Origin: a virus
Lineage: Duplodnaviria > Heunggongvirae > Uroviricota > Caudoviricetes
IMG/VR virus record: IMGVR_UViG_2939152649_000005
Length of the DNA: 13,265 bases
Direction: 5' to 3' (one strand)
Under the pieces are notes generated by a model. It saw nothing but the letters and a program-made list of their open reading frames with translations, searched no databases and was not told the DNA's origin. The position numbers and the translations under genes are program-made. Below, piece by piece: positions 1 through 6,350 of this stretch (its first letter is position 1; each line of letters opens with the position of its first letter).

Positions 1-1236
<1,236 letters not shown>

Positions 1237-1240
<4 letters not shown>

Positions 1241-1563
1241 TTTTTCCAGAGGCGGTCGAACTCCGCCTTCGCAAAATAAGCGGAAGCCTGGCGAAGGATA
1301 TCGTTACTGCGGCGCAGTTCACGATTTTCACGTTCCAGCTCTTTCAGACGCTGACGTTCAGCGCTGGTGAGCCCACCATCACCGCCCCCGGTATCCCGCT
1401 CATGCTGGCGAACCCAGACACGCAGAGTCTCCGGCGTACAGCCAATCTTTGGGGCAATGGAACAAATTGCCGCCCACTGTGAGTCATATTCATCCTGACT
1501 TTCCAGAACCATACGGACTGCCCGTTGACGGACTTCGGGGGAAAAACGAGTATTTTTAGTCAT
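1237..1563 (-). CDS. IS3-family transposase OrfA (HTH/leucine-zipper N-terminal part)
   Basis: 108-aa [33 protein letters not shown]...RLWKK, recalled as the IS629-group OrfA. Ends in an A-run (TGGAAAAAATGATG) overlapping the orfB start, as expected for a -1 frameshift window. Confidence 0.9.
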
Positions 1564-1617
1564 CCTGTTTACCTCTTTCTCAGGAAGTTTAGTCTCCAGG
1601 ATTCCCGGGGCGGTTCA

Positions 1618-2615
1618 TACCCCATTACGCGCAAAGCCTTGTTCACCGTATTCTCACTCATCGGCTTACGTGGATCGTGATCGCCCACAAAAATCAGCTC
1701 TCAATTTCCGCTCATGCTTTTGATCTTTTCCAAAATACTTAGGGCCTGCCGCGACAAAGGTACAAGGTGTGGTGTCCGCATCTTCGAGCCACGCTGAGAA
1801 TGCTTGACTCCTTCCAGTTGCTCACGCTCACCTGGGATTGTCCACATAGCCGTTTCAAAATCTACTTCTGACCAGCGGGCAAAATGCAGCTCGCTCGAAC
1901 GGATGAAAACCAATAAAGTGAGTTCAACCGCCAGTCGAGTTAACGGTCTGCCAGAATAGTGATCTATGCGATGAAGTAATTCAGGTATACGGTTCAGTTC
2001 AAGAGCTGCACGGTGCTGTCTTTTCGCCGTAGCAACCGCACCTGCAATCTCTTGCGCGGGGTTGTAGTCGATTAAGCCGCTCTGAACGGCAAAGCGCATA
2101 ATCGCGGTAGTACGCTGCTGTAAACGGGCGGCAACTTCGAGCCGCCCGGATGACTCGACTGCTTTAATGGGTACAAGAAGATCCCGCGTCTTCAGTTCCG
2201 CAATGTTCCGCTTACCGATAGCAGTAAAGAGATTATCCTCCAGACTTTTCAAAACACGAGCGCTATGCGATGCCGACCACTTCTGATTGCTGGCGTGCCA
2301 GTCTCTGGCGACTACTTCAAACGTTATCGCCTCTTGTTCCTGTTCTACCTTAACAGCTTTCTTGTTTTCACTGGGATCGACACCATTAGCTAAAAGCTTA
2401 CGAGCCTCATCCCGGCGTGCCCTGGCATCCGCCAACGACACTTCGGGGTATTTCCCCAATGCCAGCATCTTCTCTTTACCGCCAAAGCGATAACGTAGCC
2501 GCCAGTATTTGGAGCCGTTAGGGTGAACCAGCAAAACCATGCCTTCACCGTCGGTCAGCTTATAGGCTTTTGCTTCAGGCTTAGCCGAACGAACCTTCAC
2601 ATCACTCAGAGCCAT
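1618..2615 (-). pseudogene. int: P4-type (DUF4102 + tyrosine recombinase) integrase, inactivated by an in-frame TGA at 1701-1703 and truncated at the IS junction
   Basis: The N-terminus MALSDVKVRSAKPEAKAYKLTDGEGMVLLVHPNGSKYWRLRYR... (ATG at 2613-2615, AAGGA upstream) is collinear with the intact paralog at 12003-13265. The ORF stops at ...KSMSGN*, but the same frame continues ELIFVGDHDPRKPMSENTVNKALRVMGY, aligning with SGKGEVIFPSDHDPKKVMSENTVNSALRVMGY of the paralog; the stop replaces a Gly codon. Homology ends at MGY, exactly at the IS terminus, so the C-terminal ~85 aa are missing. Confidence 0.85.
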
Positions 2616-2813
2616 GATGAGTATCCTTTCAAGGGTTCTGTGTGGGTACAAACATTATCGAACCGGGAAATACCCGCAGTTGTACCCGCATCAGTAAGTT
2701 GATGTAGATTGAATCAGGTTGACTTAGGTTGAGTGAAAAAGCGAGGAAAGCCTTGCGGATACTGGATTTTAGGCACAAAAAAAGACGTCCGTTGACGTCT
2801 ATTGATGTTCCGA

Positions 2814-2835
2814 TGGTGCGAAGGCCGGAATAGAA
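2814..2835 (-). other. Candidate att core: partial 3' end of a tRNA-Leu (leuX-like) gene, not a complete tRNA
   Basis: The plus strand reads TGGTGCGAAGGCCGGAATAGAA, whose reverse complement ...TTCCGGCCTTCGCACCA resembles the acceptor-stem/CCA end of E. coli leuX as I recall it (...GTCCGGCCTTCGGCACCA). The sequence 5' of it on the minus strand is AT-rich and cannot form the rest of a tRNA. It lies ~200 bp from the 5' end of the integrase pseudogene, the usual tRNA-int spacing. Confidence 0.4.
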
Positions 2836-2883
2836 AAACACAATAACTACATGTATTATATAATAAATAAAAATAAAATTTTC

Positions 2884-2907
2884 TTTTATGCCCCCTTTTA
2901 TGCCCCC
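2884..2907. repeat. Perfect tandem duplication of the 12-mer TTTTATGCCCCC
   Basis: TTTTATGCCCCC TTTTATGCCCCC read directly at 2884-2907, immediately after a ~40-nt stretch of almost pure A/T. Confidence 0.8.
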
Positions 2908-3139
2908 ACTGAAATTTCACCACCATAACTTTGCTTGATTAATAACCAAATTACATGAATATTTTGGTTTGGGTCCGAATAACGGATACAAACCAGAACA
3001 GGACCTACCACCAGAACCGCTATTAGTTGTATCGAATTTGACACAATGCCCGCCCGCAGTAATCAAGCCGTCAAGCAAATATCGTTGTGCTGTTCATGAC
3101 ACACCTGATCCCTCAAGAATTGCTCACAGCGAGAAAAAT

Positions 3140-4195
3140 ATGGATACCCCGGACATAATTTCCGTACCAGAGGTCACTGCTGCGACAGAACCGCAGTCCT
3201 CTGCAGAATGCTTCACCTTTGGCGATCCCATTCCCGTACTGGACCGGCGCGAACTGCTGGACTATGTGGAATGCGCGCAGATGGATCGCTGGTATGAGCC
3301 GCCGGTGAGTTTTGCAGGGCTGGCACGTACCTACCGAGCAGCCGTACATCACAGTTCACCAATTGCCGTTAAGCGTGACATTCTCAGCAGTACCTACATC
3401 CCACACCGCCTGCTCAGTCAGCAGTCTTTTGCCCGTTTCGTTCAGGATTATCTGGTGTTTGGTAATGCCTATCTGGAAAAGCGTACTAACCGGCTGGGCG
3501 GCGTCCTCACACTGGAGCCAGCGCTGGCGAAATACACCCGGCGCGGCGTTGACCTGGAATCCTACTGGTTTGTTAACTATGGCCTGACAACGCAGCCTTA
3601 TGAGTTCACCAGAGGCAATATTTTTCACCTGATGGAACCGGATATTAACCAGGAAATTTACGGGCTGCCCGGCTACCTCTCCGCCATTCCGTCAACCCTG
3701 CTCAACGAGTCCGCAACGCTGTTCCGCCGGAAGTATTACATCAACGGCAGCCATGCGGGCTTCATCATGTACATGACCGACGCGGCGCAGAATCAGGAGG
3801 ATGTGAACAACATCCGCAAGGCAATGAAAAGCGCCAAAGGGCCGGGCAATTTCCGCAATCTGTTTATGTACTCACCCAATGGCAAAAAGGACGGCATCCA
3901 GATCATCCCGCTGTCAGAGGTGGCGGCGAAAGATGAGTTTCTGAACATCAAGAACGTGAGCCGTGATGACATGATGGCAGCGCACCGCGTGCCGCCGCAG
4001 ATGATGGGTATCATCCCCAGCAACACCGGCGGCTTTGGCGATGTGGAAAAGGCCAGCCGTGTTTTTGTCCGCAACGAACTGATGCCGCTGCAGAAGCGAC
4101 TGCAGGAGCTGAATAACTGGCTGGGCGAAGAAGTGATCTGCTTCGAGCCTTATTCTTTACAACTTGATGAAAGTGCTGATAGCAACAGGGGGTAA
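3140..4195 (+). CDS. Possible P2 gpQ-type phage portal protein (351 aa from the first ATG); the family assignment is tentative
   Basis: Long ORF with ordinary codon usage. The track ORF begins at a TTG at 2969; the first ATG is at 3140 (MDTPDIISVPEV...). Its size matches the ~340-350 aa I recall for P2 Q, and it is transcribed toward a structured candidate cos region, as P2 Q is. I cannot confirm the family from memory. Confidence 0.5.
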   Translation: MDTPDIISVPEVTAATEPQSSAECFTFGDPIPVLDRRELLDYVECAQMDRWYEPPVSFAGLARTYRAAVHHSSPIAVKRDILSSTYIPHRLLSQQSFARFVQDYLVFGNAYLEKRTNRLGGVLTLEPALAKYTRRGVDLESYWFVNYGLTTQPYEFTRGNIFHLMEPDINQEIYGLPGYLSAIPSTLLNESATLFRRKYYINGSHAGFIMYMTDAAQNQEDVNNIRKAMKSAKGPGNFRNLFMYSPNGKKDGIQIIPLSEVAAKDEFLNIKNVSRDDMMAAHRVPPQMMGIIPSNTGGFGDVEKASRVFVRNELMPLQKRLQELNNWLGEEVICFEPYSLQLDESADSNRG

Positions 4196-4198
4196 TGT

Positions 4199-4561
4199 AT
4201 GGGATGGATCGGCGTTGATCTGGATGGCACGCTGGCGGTGTACCCGCCAGAGAGCGGGGCGCTAATAGGTGATGCCATTCCCGGCATGGCGGAAAGGGTC
4301 CGCAAATGGCACAAGGATGATATTGAAGTACGAATTTTTACCGTCCGGGCTGGTTCGCGTGCCGGAGTGAAGCAAGTTAAAGCCTGGTTGAAAGCCAATG
4401 AACTGCCGGACCTGATGGTGACGAACGTTAAAGACAGCGGCATGGTGGAATTATGGGATGACAGAGCGATACGTGTTATCCGTAATACCGGTTCAGTATG
4501 CGCCGGTTGCAACGGCACATCGCAGTTCCACCACCATTCAGGAGATTTCACCAACTGCTGA
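4199..4561 (+). CDS. Small HAD-superfamily-like protein (putative minimal phosphatase/nucleotidase) with a Cys/His-rich C-terminal tail
   Basis: ATG at 4199 is 3 nt after the upstream stop and is preceded by AGGGGG. The N-terminus MGWIGVDLDGTLA matches HAD motif I (hhhhDxDGT). Motif-II-like Thr in RIFTVRAG, downstream lysines, and motif-IV-like ELWDDRA occur with spacing compatible with a cap-less HAD fold. The tail is SVCAGCNGTSQFHHHSGDFTNC. Confidence 0.6.
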   Translation: MGWIGVDLDGTLAVYPPESGALIGDAIPGMAERVRKWHKDDIEVRIFTVRAGSRAGVKQVKAWLKANELPDLMVTNVKDSGMVELWDDRAIRVIRNTGSVCAGCNGTSQFHHHSGDFTNC

Positions 4562-4592
4562 GCCGGCAGGCATTCCGTTAACCATTACCTGA

Positions 4593-4633
4593 ACGCCTCA
4601 GCAGCATTCTGCGGGGCGTTAGCTTTATTTATG
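4593..4633 (+). terminator. Rho-independent terminator candidate downstream of the HAD-like gene
   Basis: AACGCCTCAGCAG-CATT-CTGCGGGGCGTT forms a ~12-bp stem (one bulge, one G-U pair) with a 4-nt loop, followed by AGCTTTATTTAT. Confidence 0.5.
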
Positions 4634-4863
4634 GCATGAACCATGCCACGGCACATGCGCCGCTCAGGTTGCCATTTCCCCCCTCTGCGCGCGCTGCCCC
4701 CCACGCCTGCCCGCTTCGCTTAACAGAATGGTTTTCATGCACCCCGTAAATCGCCTCAGGAGCCGCCACACAAGGGCTTTCACGTCAAAAATGATGCATG
4801 AGACTCATGCGTTTTCATGCGCCATAGACATGCACTCATGCGCTCTCAGGCCAGCCAGGAAAA

Positions 4864-4897
4864 AGGCGTAAAAAATCCCGGTGCCGGGCCGGGATTA
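4864..4897 (-). terminator. Rho-independent terminator for the minus-strand late operon (after the delta-like gene)
   Basis: Perfect 8-bp stem AATCCCGG/CCGGGATT with a 7-nt loop. On the minus-strand transcript the hairpin is followed directly by a U-run (UUUUUACGCCUUUU). It lies 20-50 nt beyond the stop of the 4917-5189 gene. Confidence 0.6.
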
Positions 4898-4916
4898 GGT
4901 AGGCGTTTTTTGCTAA

Positions 4917-5189
4917 TCAGACAGGGATTTGCTGGCGGCTTGATAACTTTGATGCAGAGCCATAGCGATTGAGCGTTTGCTGTTGTTTTTCCGGCATTTG
5001 TGCTTTGTCTGATTCCTGTTCATTGCGCCGGGGCTTCATAATTATCTTATCCACACTTTCCAGAGCGGTAAATGTGCAGGAACATTCAAGATTCTGGCAC
5101 TGATACCATGAGCGTTTAACCGACGGTGCTTCATAGGCGGTGGTTCTGGCGTGTGCAACGGTGCCGCATTCAGGACATTTCAGCGCCAT
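4917..5189 (-). CDS. Ogr/Delta-family zinc-finger late-gene transcriptional activator
   Basis: 90-aa protein MALKCPECGTVAHARTTAYEAPSVKRSWYQCQNLECSCTFTALESVDKII... has the CxxC...CxNxxC arrangement and the HART/YxCxN motifs I recall from P2 Ogr and P4 Delta. Its ATG overlaps the stop of the upstream gene (ATGA), indicating translational coupling. Confidence 0.85.
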   Translation of the reverse strand: MALKCPECGTVAHARTTAYEAPSVKRSWYQCQNLECSCTFTALESVDKIIMKPRRNEQESDKAQMPEKQQQTLNRYGSASKLSSRQQIPV

Positions 5190-5950
5190 CAGATACCCTC
5201 CATATCACGGTTACGTTTCTGCAGCTCTTCACGTTCCTGACGGATCTTCATTTTGTGAAGGGCCGCCGGTGACGGGATTTTGCTTAAATCGACACGAGCC
5301 GCATAATCCGGCGCAACGCCCGCCAGTTTAAACACAGGGTCCTGTTCCGGCATCGCAGTGTTAGCAAGAGCCGGTTTGGTGATATGTTTGTGAATAAAGT
5401 CTTTCAGCAGTGTGTCCGGGTCATTAACTGAATTCACCACCCCCACAACGGCACTGGCTTCCCGCCCCATTGTGGTTTTGAGCAGGCTCAGTGTCTGGAT
5501 TAACGCCTTACCATGCGCCTGCATGAAGTCTTCCCAGATTTGCTTTGCGCGAATTTCCACAAGGGTGTTATGTGCGCTGATATACTGCCCGGCTAATTTC
5601 CCGGCTTCCTGCGGTAATAAGGCATTTTCGCTTTCCTGAGCTGCCAGCAGTTCATCAAAATCCTCAAGCGTTTCTCGTCCCAGCGCAATTTCCGTGCGCA
5701 GTTTTTTCATTTCCTTTGAGACTACGCCCTGACTTTCACGAAACAGCGTGCGCCACTCCTCATTCAGCGCGTTCGTCGTGGCTTCCATTTCAGCCCGGCG
5801 CTGGCGGATTGTCGCAATATTATCCGCTGCCGCTTTCTGCCGACGACGTGCTTCAAGCCATGCGCTTCTGGCTGTGTTCAGGGTTTCCATTGCCTGCTGC
5901 GTTACAGCCGGAAAAGTGGAAAGGTTGTTATTCTCTGCGGTGTTGTTCAT
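5189..5950 (-). CDS. Psu/Sid-family protein (P4 polarity-suppression / capsid-size-determination-like), 253 aa
   Basis: ATG at 5950 preceded by AGGAG. Segments QQAMETLNTARSAWL and EDFMQAHGKAL resemble regions of P4 Psu as I recall it (QQAFDTCQNNKAAWL, NDFMQQHGTAL). The protein is ~60 aa longer than P4 Psu, closer in length to Sid, and sits directly upstream of the delta-like gene as sid does in P4. Confidence 0.65.
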   Translation of the reverse strand: MNNTAENNNLSTFPAVTQQAMETLNTARSAWLEARRRQKAAADNIATIRQRRAEMEATTNALNEEWRTLFRESQGVVSKEMKKLRTEIALGRETLEDFDELLAAQESENALLPQEAGKLAGQYISAHNTLVEIRAKQIWEDFMQAHGKALIQTLSLLKTTMGREASAVVGVVNSVNDPDTLLKDFIHKHITKPALANTAMPEQDPVFKLAGVAPDYAARVDLSKIPSPAALHKMKIRQEREELQKRNRDMEGI

Positions 5951-5984
5951 GACTTCTCCTGCCGGGTAGGTTCGTTACGTCAAT

Positions 5985-6040
5985 TGTGTCGTGACTGACA
6001 CAAGCGCACTATCGGCGCTCAGTGTGTGGTGGCTGGCACA
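5985..6040 (-). promoter_or_regulatory. Candidate Ogr/Delta-dependent late promoter region upstream of the Psu/Sid-like gene: two TGT-N12-ACA dyads
   Basis: TGT-N12-ACA at 5985-6002 (inside the palindrome TTGTGTC-gtgact-GACACAA) and at 6023-6040. The second is centred ~80 nt upstream of the ATG, compatible with the -55 position described for P2/P4 late promoters. The motif is short, so chance is not excluded. Confidence 0.35.
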
Positions 6041-6127
6041 ACGGGCGTTTGCGGTTATTCAGACGCGGCCATGACAGCCAGCCAGATAAAAATGCCTCTG
6101 TTTCAGCCTGCTTTATGTCCCGGATGC

Positions 6128-6326
6128 GGTGAAACAGGTGGAACAGGTGTTACAGCATTGTTTTGTAAAACATTTATATGCACATCACAGGTGAAACATC
6201 GCAGGTAACAAGGTGGAACAGCGGATCGGCTGGCGTTCCACCTGTTCCACCTCACTATTTCAGAAGGTGAAACAGGTTTAGCCCTTGTAAAATACGGTTG
6301 TTCCACCTGTTACACTTGTTACCCTT
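6128..6326. repeat. Iteron array (about 10 copies of GGTGRAACA / TGTTYCACC in both orientations); candidate replication origin or crr-type site bound by the alpha-type primase
   Basis: Read directly: GGTGAAACAGGTGGAACAGGTG (6129-6150), GGTGAAACATCGCAGGTAACAAGGTGGAACAG (6190-6221), GTTCCACCTGTTCCACC (6236-6251), GGTGAAACAGG (6266-6276), GTTGTTCCACCTGTTACACTTGTTACCC (6298-6325). The core is close to the TGTTCACC type-I iteron I recall for P4 ori/crr. The array lies between the 3' end of the primase gene and the late operon. Confidence 0.6.
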
Positions 6327-6350
6327 AATAAATAAGACTCACGCAAAGCC

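Noticed and set aside
2629-2926. Minus-strand ORFs 2629-2841 and 2714-2926, and a possible complete tRNA gene
   Set aside because: The ORFs fall in the AT-rich att/promoter spacer with no RBS. Only ~17-20 nt of tRNA-like 3' sequence is present; the adjacent sequence cannot form an acceptor stem or the D and anticodon arms.
2969-3139. N-terminal 57-codon extension of the portal-like ORF (TTG start)
   Set aside because: No RBS, no ATG or GTG in the extension, and a candidate promoter element lies inside it. The first ATG at 3140 gives a protein of the expected size.
3113-4554. Minus-strand ORFs antisense to the portal-like and HAD-like genes (3113-3352, 3356-3628, 3793-4074, 4150-4554) and the internal plus-strand ORF 3312-3587
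   Set aside because: They overlap a long CDS with a consistent frame and coupling to the downstream gene; no independent start signals.
5140-5969. Plus-strand ORFs 5140-5331, 5412-5639, 5716-5952 and 5748-5969
   Set aside because: Antisense to the Psu/Sid-like and delta-like genes; no start signals.
6103-6306. Short ORFs 6026-6208 (+) and 6103-6306 (-), and the question of whether the repeats form a CRISPR array
   Set aside because: They lie within the iteron array, and the repeats would produce repetitive peptide. The repeat units are 9-11 bp in both orientations with irregular spacing, not 25-40-bp direct repeats with unique spacers.
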